From Octopus sinensis (lineage: Eukaryota), in NCBI RefSeq assembly GCF_006345805.1, contig NC_043001.1:104842001-104906000 (forward strand): a stretch of 64,000 nt of DNA, in the 5' to 3' direction. Made by a program: the position numbers and the translations under genes. How positions within the stretch are numbered: position 1 is the stretch's first letter; every line of letters begins with the position of its first letter. The notes under the pieces are model-generated. The model worked only from the letters and a program-made list of their open reading frames with translations, searched no databases and had not been told where the DNA came from. Below are positions 37,500-51,564 of this stretch, piece by piece.

Positions 37500-38944
37500 T
37501 GTCGTACCAGCAAAAGGAAGCTGTTGAATTTCTAATTCCTAATACGACATCTGTGTATCATGGACGTATCACAAAACAAACATTCATTTCTAGTTCATCC
37601 TAAACACGAAATAATCCATAATTAAAAATTGCACTTGTTTTAATTATGGTCCATCCTGACAGACTAATATAATAAAAGACATCCCAACCATGGCATTAAC
37701 GACTACTTTATGCTATATGTTCTGTCTTTATATACGACAGTAGGGTATGATTCACGAAACCGTTGCTGCTAAATCTCTCCGGTCAGGCCACCAGATTGGA
37801 GCCAATTCGTTCGCTCGCACAACACATGTTTCCCCTTCTAAGTGGACTGTGTGAGAATTAAGTGCCTTCTGAAGTATCTAAGCGGAATGTCGACACTATA
37901 TCTAGTAAGACCACACCATATTCACTTGATAAATTGCAGCTGTCTCTCTTTTTCACTTTCTTTCTCTCTCTTCCTCTCACTCTTTCATCTGATCTGCTTC
38001 TTTTTTTCACTTTTCCTTTTGCCGGTTAACTTTCGTTATTGATCCTTCTTATTTAACTTCTTATTTTCTTAAATATTCTTCGCCTGCCGCATAATATTGA
38101 GATAAATCTGACATGACATTTTACCAAAGATAATCAATGAAGAGGGGAAAAAAAATCGATCATGCTAAAAGACAAGGAAAAACCAAATAAACAAAAACAA
38201 TGAAACTGCTCTGAAAAACCCTCGTAGAATTTGTCGTCAATAACCAAATTCCAGCCAATCCTGGAATTTAACTCATCGAACAAATATCGAATTGTACTGA
38301 ATGCCCTTGGAAGAACAGACTCTTGTTCTGTTTAAGGTGAATGTCTCAGAATTTAGTAAAATTACAAAACAGAACGTTGCTTTCTTATCGTTGTCCTTTG
38401 TTCTTCCAGTTTCTTTAGTTTTTCTTTTCTTGTATTTCCAAAAGCTTCTTTCACTAAATTTCTTACACTATCCTACTATGTTTTACTTGCAGATCTTAAA
38501 ATACATGAAAAGGACAATAATCTTCTTTTTGTTTTTATGTGTGTGTGGGAGTAACTGTGTTTATGAATGTTTTAGTGTAGTTTTCAGCTGTCGTGTCACC
38601 ACCAACGACATGTCACGCTGACTTCCAGATATTCTAATGAAGACACAACTGGGCAGCATTTAAAAAAATGGATTTATCACTTGTTCGATCTGTTTTATAA
38701 TAGCTATGAAGACACTCGCTGCTGTTGTTACTGCTGTTTAGCCAGTCGTGATCAAAAGCGTTCCGACAGTGACTGTTACGCTTTATGTTTATTAATACAG
38801 TACTATAAAATGTCCAATGTCCTCTTTTTCTTTCTAAGAAATGATGTGATTTAAGGAAATTTGACTGCTATTTCTAACATGCAGGATAGATATGCAATGG
38901 CTTCTTCATCATCTGGAGTTGATGTGAAGAATAGTGCAACACTA

Positions 38945-39344
38945 TTCTTTTCCACTCTAGGCACAAAGCTCGAAATTTTGGGGGAGGGGTCCGGTCTATT
39001 AGATCAACCCCAGTATGCAAATGGTACTTATTTAATCGACCCCGAAAGGAAGAAAGGCAAAGTCGACTTCAGCGGAATTTCAACTCAGAATGTAAAGACA
39101 GAAGAAATACCTATTTCTTTACTACCCACAAGGGGCTAAACACAGAGAAGACAAACAAGGACAGACAAACTGATTAAGTCGATTACATCGACTCCAGTGC
39201 GTAACTGGTACTTATTTAATCGATCCCGAAAGGATGAAAGGCAAAGTCGACCTCGGCGGAATTTGAACTCAGAATGTAACAGCAGACGAAATACCGCTAA
39301 GCATTTCGCCCGGAATGCTAACGATTCTGCCAGCTCGCAGCCTT
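38945..39344 (-). mobile_element. Dimeric SINE family A
   Basis: Minus strand: full unit 39344-39111, then junction aaatagg|tatttcttctg into a beta-tail unit. Confidence 0.85.
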
Positions 39345-39924
39345 ACAAATAGTGCAACATTATTGACAGAGGAAAGAAGGCAACTGACCAAAAGAGGAGA
39401 GAAGTCCCCAAAAATAACAGACGTAGATCTTATCTGTTGAAATGATGTAAAGGGTAAATTTCTGCATTAGATAAGATTTTGAGTTTAGATTCTGTTTGTG
39501 TTAGGATCAGCTTTAACGTTTATACAGTTTGATCTCCGAAATAAATTTGTGTAATATGATAATAGATTAAAAAGAGAAGGATGTGTTTCAAGAGGACTAT
39601 GACGTCATCATTGAATTGTGGTACTTATGTGTTTGTGTATATAAGCATATATCACGCAATCATGATCGACCAGACTGCCGGATGCACTTTGTATCATTTT
39701 AGCTTTCAAATGATACCACCCCGCTGGTTAGGTGAGCAACCCAAAACCCTCCACTTCCTCATCGGAAGGGTTGACAACATCGCCGGTGTAACCCATTTAC
39801 AGCTAAGTGGACTGTAACAACTTCATGCTAAAAAAGTGTTTTGCTCGAAAGTCCCCATCTGGCGGTCGTGAATGCAGTCCCGTAAACACAATGCCCTATG
39901 CCTCCTTAGTCTTCTCTCAGAGTG

Positions 39925-40155
39925 TGACAAGGTTGGCCCTTTGAAATATAGATACAAGAGAAACAGGAAGAAAGAGCGAGAGAAAGTTGAAGTGAAAGAG
40001 TACAGCAGGGTTCACCACCACCTGCTGCCGTAGCCTTGTGGACCTTTAGGTGTTTTTGCTCAATAAACACTCACAACATCCGATCTGGGAATCGAAACCG
40101 CTATCCCACGACCGCGAGTCCACTGCCCTAACAACTGGGACATTGCGTCTCCACT
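39925..40155 (-). mobile_element. SINE family D
   Basis: Collinear with 16930-17163. Confidence 0.85.
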
Positions 40156-40532
40156 CTTTCTAATAACAACACATTGCTACATACTGAAATGGATTCAGTT
40201 ACTACCAAACAGACAAGATTATTATTAAGGTTAGGCGACATAAATTAAAGTAACTCGTTAAAAAATGAAACATTCTTAATTTGAAAGCTATTCTGGTATA
40301 CAGTGTTGTGAGGGTAAACAACCATAAAAATAAGACGTGAGAATGTAAAGTGAGTGGAACAATAAATATGTTGCGAAATTACCAGTCCAAGTGCACTCGA
40401 AAAGTTTTATGACAACTCTATAAAATATCATGTGACAGAATAAGGTAGGTGTGTGGGCGTAAGTGGCATTCCGACTGATACACACGCACTCACACACACA
40501 CATACACATGAATGGAAACAAACGCATATACA

Positions 40533-40762
40533 TTTCTATATCTTTACTACCCACAAGGGGCTAAACACAGAGGGGACAAACAAGGACAGACAAACGGATT
40601 AAGTCGATTATATCGACCCACAGGACGCAACTGGTACTTAATTTATTGCCCCTCCCCCGAAAGGTCGACCTCGGCGGAATTTGAACCCAGAACGTAACGG
40701 CAGACGAAATACCGCTAAGCATTTCGTCCGGCGTGCTAACGTTTTTGCCAGCTCGCCACCTT
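40533..40762 (-). mobile_element. SINE family A, alpha tail
   Basis: ctttactacccacaaggggctaaacacag...gtcgacctcggcggaatttgaac...gccagctcgccacc. Confidence 0.88.
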
Positions 40763-41102
40763 GAAACAAACACATATTTGTCCATAAATGTATATACATT
40801 TATGTGTATACATAACAATATGTATATCTTTTATCTTTTACATGTTTAAGTCATTGGAATGCGCTTATGCTTCAGGAACGCCTGAAGGGTTTAGTCGAAG
40901 AAATCGACTCCTACTACCTATTTCTTTTAAAGCCTCGTACTTATTCTCTAGGTTACATTTGCCGAACCGTTAAGTTACGGAAACATAAACAAAATAGCAC
41001 CGGTGCTCAACAGACAATGGGAGATAGAGGCATATACAAAAAAGAACACACACAAAACGTACATACATACATACATATATATAATATATATATATATATT
41101 AA

Positions 41103-41136
<34 letters not shown>

Positions 41137-41182
41137 ATATATATATATATATTATATATATTATATATATATATATATATAT

Positions 41183-41222
<40 letters not shown>

Positions 41223-41555
41223 TATATATACACACATACATATATACAAAATATGGGGGTTTAGTTCACAGGTGATCTAAACTAAATTAGGTACGCTAGG
41301 TAAGTGCTGTAACCGATTACTAGGGCTCCCAGGTCATAGCCAAGACAGGAGTTAGGGAACCATTGTAGATTTCGATATAATGTATATATAAATTGTTAAA
41401 GAGGACAACAGGATTGCACTTCTACAAGATCAGAAATTTCAACTGTGAACGTTTATGGTTTTTTTTTCTTCTCTTTCTTCGTCTCCTTATTCCTCTACTC
41501 CTGTCCCTTATGTCGTCTTTTTCATTAATCTATACCCTTCTCATTTTCCCTAATT

Positions 41556-41741
41556 ATCTCCGATGACGGAATATCCCATACTCTGGGTTATCGCAGAAAC
41601 ACCTGTAAGTCTTTGAATTTTTTGCCAATATTAATAATGTACATGACTTGAGATGTTTACCTTGCCTTAACGATTGTTGTCCTTTTAAACAATTATATAT
41701 ATATGTATATATATATATCCACATGTACATGTGTATGTATA

Positions 41742-41820
<79 letters not shown>

Positions 41821-41869
41821 CATGCATACATATATATATAATATATATACACATATACATACATATATA

Positions 41870-41901
<32 letters not shown>

Positions 41902-41980
41902 TTCAATCTATCAATTGAGATCCTGATGACATTGAATCAGGACCTCACTCGTAGTGTTTACCTGAAACAGCTGTAAGTCT
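41556..41980 (+). ncRNA. Two degenerate hammerhead-like motifs (41556-41611 and 41917-41980) related to 5433-5480
   Basis: CCGATGA...GAAAcacctgTAagtc and CTGATGA...GAAAcagctgTAagtct. The 14-mer gaaacagctgtaag is identical to 5465-5478; stems I and II are poor. Confidence 0.45.
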
Positions 41981-42344
41981 ATAATGCACAAATAAATGTA
42001 TGAAGCCCTTTATTTATACATTTCCTTTCTATAAATCACTTTTTGGAAACATATCGTATTAACTCCGTAATGCAACTGTGGATTGGTTGCCAGGTCAACT
42101 GGGGATATACTACGACTTCGGCTTTCGACTTTGGATTATCGGCAGTTCAATACCAATCACAAGGCCCTTCGTTAGCCTGGTGTACTTGTATTTGCACAGA
42201 CTTTAAGAAATATTTTGCACTGATTACGAACCCCTTTGTAATAAATCTTTGTTCTGACACACACACACACAAACACGCACATACACAGATATATAATTGA
42301 CCGCCAGTTTTTTAAATTCTCTCTCTGTTTATTTCATCATGTTC

Positions 42345-42380
42345 CTTTCTGTTGAAGAGCGTAGGCTCGAAACATAAACG
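42345..42380 (+). ncRNA. Hammerhead-like motif with A6U core (CUGUUGA)
   Basis: cttt-CTGTTGA-a-gagc(gtag)gctc-GAAA-ca-TA-aacg, inside an element of about 140 bp also found at 55455-55562 (minus). Confidence 0.55.
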
Positions 42381-42610
42381 ACCATCTCATCTTCCCGAGC
42401 GTCAAACTAATACACCTGCTTGTTGTTTACACACCTGTCTTCGTCTTTTGTTTTTCTATGAATTTCATTTATATATATACATAAATCAGAACAAAGACTT
42501 ATTGATAAGGGATTATTACGGACATATATACATGAGAATGTCTAAACATGTATATAGATATATTGTGATTTGATTTATGATTAGTAGGAAGCGAGGGTGA
42601 GACAAAGTGA

Positions 42611-42659
<49 letters not shown>

Positions 42660-43255
42660 TATATATATATAATATATATATATATATGTATAGAATTAGA
42701 TATAAATTATAAATTACAAAGTGGGACAAGAACGCAAAAACACACAAAGAGACGACACAAAAAAACAGACGGGTCACTCGAAGCCTCTAATCTTCAGTCG
42801 GGAACCGGATCATCTTAGCAATTTCGGCTGTTATATATATGTATGCATAAATGCCTGATTTATCATAGAGCAAAGGTGAAGATTGTCTGAATATAACCCA
42901 CATATTTAAACAGCTGTTCTACAACTTGCCGGATATATATCACATATGTGTGTGTGCGTGTTTGTGTGTGTGTATGCGTGTGAATGTCTAAGGGCGGGGA
43001 TGCACAGGTCGCTATATTGTTAGATTTAGATAGAATGTCGAGGAGCTGGAAGTAAATTATGTATGTATGCGGTATGATGCATGCGAATATGGTTTTGTGT
43101 CTGTATGAATGCAGGCACTTGCATACGAAGGAGTGCAAGCACTCAACAAACAATATAACTTTGTTTAAGTATGGATATGTGAATTGTTATTCCTATTCAA
43201 CTTCATGCACACAATGTCCACCCCAATCAGCTGGCTGAATATGTATTCTGGCTGA

Positions 43256-43292
<37 letters not shown>

Positions 43293-43744
43293 AATGTAAA
43301 AAAATACAAACTGGGACAAAAACGTGAAACATTTAAAAGACGATACAAAATCAATCTTCAGTCAAGAACCGGATCATCTTTGCAATTTCGGCTGATTAAT
43401 CTTGAGATTGCTCCGATCTGGCCAGCCCCAAATCTAAGCCAAGCGCATTAGATTCCTTGGAAGAAAGCCTCGAATGTATACAAAACAAGGACAGAAAACC
43501 GGACGATGTTACACGAATAAAAATACAAAAACACATAAAAACAATAATGATAACACGAATAAGAATACAAAATACGTAAAAACAATAATGAATAATAATA
43601 ATAACAACAAAAACAGGACGTCACAGACAAGCGTCTTTTCGACAGATATATATATATAAAGTTAATCCAAACATGAAAACACAAAGAGAAAACACAACAA
43701 CGTGAGTACATGGAACGCCCAGGAAAGGAAAGAAAGAAGGAGGA

Positions 43745-43778
43745 TTTAACGTTTCGAGCGGAGCTCTTCGTCAGAAAC
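43745..43778 (-). ncRNA. Minimal type I hammerhead motif, canonical core
   Basis: Minus strand reads gttt-CTGACGA-a-gagc(tcc)gctc-GAAA-cg-TT-aaat; same host element as 24135-24372. Confidence 0.7.
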
Positions 43779-43855
43779 ATAGGAAAAGGAAAGATCCAAG
43801 GATTGGAAAAGACGGAGGAAAAATCACCAACGATACACACGCGGTCACATTTTGA

Positions 43856-43938
<83 letters not shown>

Positions 43939-44140
43939 TGTCAAAATATTGTTGTTTGTCTTGTTTTCCTTTTGTGTCTTTCGTTGTTCGAAATAATAGT
44001 TCATATTCTATGTACTCGTACTTCGTATTTTTTGTTGTACCCGTTTCGTGACGTCCTGTACCCACATATGCATATATATATATATATATATATATATACG
44101 TATAGATGTAAGTATGTACATATACGTATGTATATATGCC

Positions 44141-44187
<47 letters not shown>

Positions 44188-45007
44188 TATAGGATTGAAC
44201 GCCACAATCCTCTTCCAAGTATGTATATATATATGTATGGATGTATAACTACTGATTTATATCTCTGTCTGATAATCTTCAGTGTTGTACTGGGAGAAGG
44301 AAGTGTGTGGGCGTTGGGGTGGGGGGTACTATGCTTAGTATGAGTTTCGCCAAAATATGCCCGTTCACTCTATCCCAAATATGCGCTTGCCGAAACGCAA
44401 TCAGAGCATAGCATACGAATGTATGTATATGCATATATGCACGCGCACGTATGTTTGTGCGTGTTTGTGTGTGTGTGTGTGTGTATAAACAGACACGAGT
44501 GTGTGAACAAACGAAAGGAAGTGGCCTTCATTTGGTCAGAGTTATATGTGTTGTTTCATAACAGTTTGGCTCGGTTCTATGCAGCTAAGAGTTTCGTTGG
44601 CGTGAGGAGCAAACCTATCCCGTCAGGCATTTGTGAATCAAACAAGAGCAAATGAGGAAACTTCAAGATTGCTTCTAGAGATTAGGCCTGCATTTGATCG
44701 ACTTAGATCACGTGGTGCTATATTGTCCATACTGTCGGACAGGATGTTGGAAGGCAACAGTTGTCGATATATATGGATGCTGTGGAATTATTTACCGACA
44801 TAATGAATATTGCCGCAGCCTCTAGACACAGCGACGACATTTGCGTGCCAACACCTTGTCTAACTACGTGGAACTGAGAACAAAGATAATATCTGAAATA
44901 TAAAACTATATCTCCGTCTATCGCTGTCTACCTGTCTATTCATCTATAGACACATATGTATATCTAAACACATTCTATACATACACGTAAGTGTTTGTTT
45001 ACGCATG

Positions 45008-45073
<66 letters not shown>

Positions 45074-45295
45074 TATATATAATATATATATACACATATG
45101 TATATATATATATATACATATTATATACACACACATATTACATATATATATACACAATTATATGTATATATATGTATATATGCATAAACATATATATAAA
45201 CATATACGTATATATATATACATATGTATATATATGTACATATACATATATAAATACATATATGTATATATATAAATACATATACATATATATAT

Positions 45296-45328
<33 letters not shown>

Positions 45329-46668
45329 TATATATACACACATACATATATGCACATATTCTCTCTTGTTATAAAACATACAAGTACTCCTCAGGGTATA
45401 CCATAATTTGTCTGAGCGAGTCATTTTTCGCAAATACAGATACATATATAAATATATATACATACATACATACACACAAACACACTCAGATACACACAAA
45501 CTCGCAAACACACACACATATATATATCTTCGTGTGTGTATGTATGTTTATCGTTACATGTGTTCGTGTACACATACTTAACCTATGTAAATAAGAAATT
45601 GTCCTCTAGTTATATAGCATGCTTGCTATAAAATGTTACTTTTTGGCAGACATCTTGAGTTAGTTAATTGCCGATTTTAGAACAATGCGTATTTTCGTGA
45701 TTAAAAATCGATCTCTGTTGTCTTGTTCACGAAGCAAAAGATATTCGATTCTGCAAAAAATCTTGCTGCCGGAATGTTCTTCCACGTATAATATGTCGTC
45801 TGCGAGACTGGCTCTAACATCTATTACTTCTTCATGTTTAGGTCCAACAAGATTAATGAACCAAGATAAATATAAATTCATTGTAACACACTTCTCAATA
45901 TTGTTCTCCTGTTGTTCTTCGCTTGTTGTTTCGCTTATTTATTTTGTGTAGAATTGTCGAGTGTTTGTTCTTCATTTTGTTTTCAATTTGTTAAAGAAAT
46001 TTCTTTTGTAGAGAAGTTCTAGTATGAGAAAATGCCAGTGTATTAAATATAAGTGATGACTAGTATACACGACTTACGCTTGGATTGTATAAAGAATGTT
46101 GTTTGGTGTAAAACTGCTTGAAATTATCCAAAAGATAACATTATTAGCTAAAATGTCGACTGGATCACGCAGGATGTAGACCAAACATAGAAGCACTTGT
46201 AAATCACTTTACAACGAGAATAGTCGAGCAGGGGAGGTAACTGCTCATTTACTAGGGAGGAGGTAAATAAACATACAAAAACACAAAAGCTAAAAAACTG
46301 AGATGAAATATGTACAGTGATGGCTATGTGATCATGAATTAAAATATATACTGAGATCAAATTTGGTTGTGTTGGTATTTAGGCGTATCCTATATTTTTC
46401 GATAAATAAATTTTCTTTATTGAAACGTTCTTGTACAGAAATTGTTCTGTTTTTCACTGGTAGATGGAGAAAACTGTGAAGTTTGGTTGGATATTACCTG
46501 CACATCTCTCTATGTGTTCATATATATGAATATATATATATAACAAAGTGGAGTTGTGGGGTACCGCACGAGTGGAATTATATACGAAAGAAGGTTTGAA
46601 AATGCAATTTTCGTATATATATATATATATGCATAAGTATATTCAGAGAGAGAGAGAGAGAGAGAGAG

Positions 46669-46706
<38 letters not shown>

Positions 46707-47697
46707 TATTTTTACATAAATATCATGTTTTTATATGTGAATAAGAATGTGTGCAATTGCGTGTGAGCGTAAAGTTCTAAGAATGCTTAAATGTGTACAT
46801 TACGTAGATTTTCTGAAATAGAAATTTCTCAGTTGTGTAAGAGTATCACTCGTGTGAAACGTTAATAAAAAAATTTATATAAATAAAAATAGAAGAAAAT
46901 TTAACTAAAAAAATAGAAAATGAGACAAAATTGAAAGTTGGAGAAATTACTATTTTGTTGCAAGTTTCACGATGCTGGAAAATGTTGTTTTCTATAAGCC
47001 GTTTACGTCATCACAAGACCATCTGAAATCTCAGAGAAGAGGGAAAGAGAAATGCTGAGAGAGAAAATAGCACAGTTCACATGGAGGAACTGGTGTCAAG
47101 TCACAATACAATATCACCTTTTTGGCTAGTGTGTGTGTGTGTATGTGTGTGTTTGTGTGTGTGTCTTTAAGCTTCCATCATCCATATCCGTGGAGGTGGC
47201 GTTGTTGAAACGAAAGATATTTGGTGTGAAGTTAGTCACGTACACAACTGAGTAGTTGTGACACACTACTAGTGATTTTCACATTATGGACTCATCCCCC
47301 ACCTCACACACACACAAACATAATATATAGTACGAACACACACATACACACACATATATATATATACATATTTGTACACACACACATATATTTGTATACG
47401 CTAAAGAAGTACTACATAAACAGTTTTTATACAAATCCTGACTGCATTCTAGTTTTTAATATATAAGATCCGTACACCAAACAATCTCTCTCTCTCTTTC
47501 TCTCTACCTACCTACCTACCTATCTACCTACCTACCTACCTACCTACCTACCTACCTATACCTACCACCTACCTACCTACCTACCTACCTACCTACCTAC
47601 CTACCTACCTATTCTCTCTCTCTCTCTATCTATCTATTTACCTATATCTCTCTCTCTCTTCCCATCTCTACCTCTCTATCTATTCATCTATTCATCG

Positions 47698-47767
<70 letters not shown>

Positions 47768-47811
47768 TTATTTATTTATTTATCTATTTATTTATCTATC
47801 AATTACACACA

Positions 47812-48161
47812 GGGACAGGCATGGCTGTATGGTATGACTCTTCGTTTTCAACCACATAATTACCGGTTTAGTGCCACTGCATGGCACCTTGGGCAAGTGC
47901 CTCCTCAGTATAACTCCGAGCCGACGAATCACTTGTGAGTGGATTTGGTGAAAAGAAACTGTAAGAAGCCCTTCGGATATATTTATGTGTTTGCCTTTCT
48001 CGCCTACCGCCGCATGACAACTGATGTTGGTTTCTTTACGGCCCCGTAACATAGAAGTTTGGCACAAGGGACTTGTAGAATCATTACCAGATTGAAGAAC
48101 AGTAAGTATTGGAATCGGTGCTCCAGCACGGCCGCAGTCAAATGACTGAAACAAGTAAAAG
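47812..48161 (+). mobile_element. SINE family B, near full length, immediately followed by an inverted family B tail (48182-48250)
   Basis: Head ggcatggctgtatggt, core gcaccttgggcaagtgcc, tail ggccgcagtcaaatgactgaaacaagtaaaag. Confidence 0.85.
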
Positions 48162-48269
48162 TTATATATCTTCTTTTATTCTTTAACTTGTTTCAGTCAT
48201 TTGACTGCGGCCTTGCTGGAGCACCGTTTTGAGTCGAGCAAATCGACCCCATATATATATATATATATA

Positions 48270-48309
<40 letters not shown>

Positions 48310-48324
48310 CAGAGAGAGAGTGAT

Positions 48325-48448
48325 GATAAGATAATGGAGAAATAAGTAACAATGAGAGGTGGTACAAATTAGTTTAATTAGTTAAATAATGGCTTTATAG
48401 CACCAAAGATCCACTTCTCATTGTTATTTATTTCTCCATTTTCTTATC
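48325..48448. repeat. Inverted repeat, 38-bp arms, 48-nt spacer
   Basis: gataagataatggagaaataagtaacaatgagaggtgg versus 48411-48448, 3 mismatches. Confidence 0.8.
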
Positions 48449-48593
48449 GTCTATATATACATTAGACTACGGTTTACCTTTTAAATTACCTGCTGCCGTA
48501 TACTTTATAACAAGGACCAATAATACTGAAGTAATTACCAGGAGTGCCTCTAGATATATCTATCCCTCAGAAGTTTCAACACCTCTAATTATA

Positions 48594-48664
<71 letters not shown>

Positions 48665-50339
48665 ATATATATATATATATTTATATATATATAAGAGAGA
48701 CCAAAGTGTACGTACGCCGGCATACGTACAAGAACGCCAGCCGAAAATGCAAAGATAATCTGGAACTCGATGAAGAAAGAAACTTCGAATAACCCCGCCT
48801 TGTTTTTTTTTTCTTGTCTCTCTTTTGTTATCATCTGTCTGGATGTTTTGCTTCTTGTCACATTTTGTATTATATATATATATATATAGATATATATATA
48901 TATATATATATATAGGTATGTGTGTTTGTGTGTGTATGTGTGAGTTACTCGTAGTGATGAACTGTATTACTCGATTTTCGAAACTTATTAGGTGTCGTCA
49001 CATGCGTCTACATCAATTTGATCAATCCTAGAGAAACATGGAACCAATCTGCTTATATGTCCAACAAACCCAGTGGTTTCAGAGAACTGGAGCTTCTAAT
49101 CGGCATACTGTGAGTATTTAACTCTTTATTTGAGACCAGCTGCCTGGCTTCGATGGTAAGTACTGTAGTTCTTTGATCAGTTAAACACTCTCGTCATTGA
49201 ATATTCGTGTAAACGTGTGAACGTTCCACGAGCAAGTCTAAACTTATTCTCATTCACAGTCAGTGTGATAACGAATGGCAAAAGCTAAAGCTTTATAAAT
49301 ACAGTCAATCTGAATTGGGTGTTTTCATATAATTTCTGATAATTTCGTCGAGATAGGATCAACGTGAGGTTATGGTGAAAGATATGTGTGTAAAATGCTA
49401 TCGAATAGGTTCGAACCCCGGACCTCATGATCTTAAAACCAACTTGTTTACCAACTCGACCAGGACTGATTATCTGACGTATTTGCATTATTGTGTATAA
49501 GGGAGTTCAAATGATTCCACCCGTCCTCAAGATATACGAATGGATGGATTTGATTTGAAAACTGCAAGTTCGAGAAAGTGTTTGTCCGTTCTTTGGTGCC
49601 TCATTCACTTTGCAAGCTACGAGCTGCCTTTCCCCGTGCATTTCTTCGTTCTACATCTAAACAACGCATGGTCGGACGAGAATTAAGCATCGAGGCCAAT
49701 GATAAAGTGAAGTAGCAGTATATTTGATACAAACTGTGAACTCTTCGGTCGGCAGTTCAAACCCACTTAGTTTTGAATGGTTGTATGTGAAGTAGTACAC
49801 ATAGCCAAACTAGCAGCAGCAGTATGAGAATAACATAGATGATTGTTGCACATAAAGAGCGATATACCAGAATCAATATCGCATTGCGACAGACTTACAT
49901 TTGATTGGAGCCAGAAGCTCTGGTAGGGCTTTAAAATAGATAGCATCACTTTATCAAATAAAATTTATTTGATAAGAAACTTATAAATAAATTCTGTTGT
50001 CTGTTTAGAAGAGTTTATCTCAGCTTAAAATATTTCGTCAAAATCTTTGTGGTTACAACAGAATTTCCATTTACCCTGCGTCACATAAAACCGTTACCAT
50101 TTTGTACCGGTTAAACACAAGAAATATATCTCAACTGGGCCCTTGTGAATGGTGCCTCTGAAATATTTAATCTCAAGGCAATTGTATTTTGTTTTACGCC
50201 AGTAAAATTTACACCTGGATACATTTATCTTTGCCTGATTAAAAACTAGAATTCCATTAAAGACGAATTACTAATTACAAAGGTATTAAGTCTGACGTGC
50301 AAAGGTATTAAGTCCGACGTATTTCATTAATCAAAATGA

Positions 50340-50560
50340 ATACTGGTTTCAAGTTTCGGAAGAAGGCCCAGCAATGTCGGGGCAATGACTAAGTCGATTA
50401 CATCGACCCCAGTGCTCAACTGCTATTTAATTTATCGACCCCGAATGGTATAAAAAGTAGAGTCAACCTCGGCGGAATTTTACCTCAGAACGTAGCGATG
50501 GACAAAATACCTCCAAGTATTTTTGCCCGGTGTGCAAACGGTTCTTCTCGCTCGCCCTCT
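50340..50560 (-). mobile_element. SINE family A, diverged, beta tail
   Basis: aagtcgattacatcgaccccagtgctcaactg...gtcaacctcggcggaattt. Confidence 0.8.
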
Positions 50561-51564
50561 TCTAATCAAAATAAATATTAACAGGAATGTAACGAATGGA
50601 ATCGACACATTTTTCTCTGCACACAATGGCAGCACTTGAATGTATTGTCGTCTTCTAAATATAAGTAACGATGTCTGCGAATCGAAAATAATTAGATTGC
50701 CGTATATCTCATCTTGTGCGCTGCAATCTATTAATGTTATCAATGTCTGAATGATATTACTTTGGTGTGTAACATATGTTGTTAATATCTGAATGTATGT
50801 TGTTACTGCAAATTTATTATAGCAAATAATATATTAAAGCCGTTTTATTGCTATTTATGCGACGCAACATATTATTGCATTTCATCTTTCGTGTAACTGA
50901 TTTCGCTTTTTGCAAAGCACGAAAATTACACAAAATATCGTATATTGAATCGACCTGGATGAGTTAATTAATATCCAGAAAACATAAAACAAAAGAAACA
51001 GTCTTAAATCGCAATGTATCGAACTCTTAACGCAATTGTATTCTTAGATATGAACAGGTTCTACGGAACAAAGATTTAACACCTCAGCACAAAATTACTT
51101 CCAGAAAACTACACAACCAAACAACATAGACCACAGAGAGTTAATCCTTTCAGAATACACAAATGATAATTGCCACATAGGATAATTGTCAGATGGTAGT
51201 CGTCGCATATTCAGCCTGATTGTTCTAGTTTACTTTCATCATTGCACGTGTGCGGATATGACATTTAACGCGATGCATCCATCGCCAGAGGACTTCATAA
51301 AATACAAACCGGAACAAGAAATGAAATTAAAGTGAGACATCTGTACGTCAGTGGATCTCAGTGACAAAAGCTTGCACAACATTTTTGCCACTCTCTCCGT
51401 CGCCATTGTAGTTTCTCACTATTCTCACTTGAGGTTTTAGAGTATCTTTCTTCTAGAAGAGCTGCCTTCCCCACGGTTTTGGCAACAATAACGGGAACCT
51501 ACTCTACTCATGGGAAATTTATTTAACCCATAGATGGATCCTGACAGGAACTACAGTCCCGAGT

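Noticed and set aside
42715-42830. Repeat family (also about 43300-43460 and 48740-48870) with CTGAAGA and cagccGAAA
   Set aside because: The order and spacing of the motifs do not give a hammerhead fold, so it is left as an unclassified repeat.
45660-45940. Minus-strand open frame of about 90 codons containing SLADDILY
   Set aside because: Only a faint resemblance to the RT FADD motif, with no other RT motifs; unsupported.
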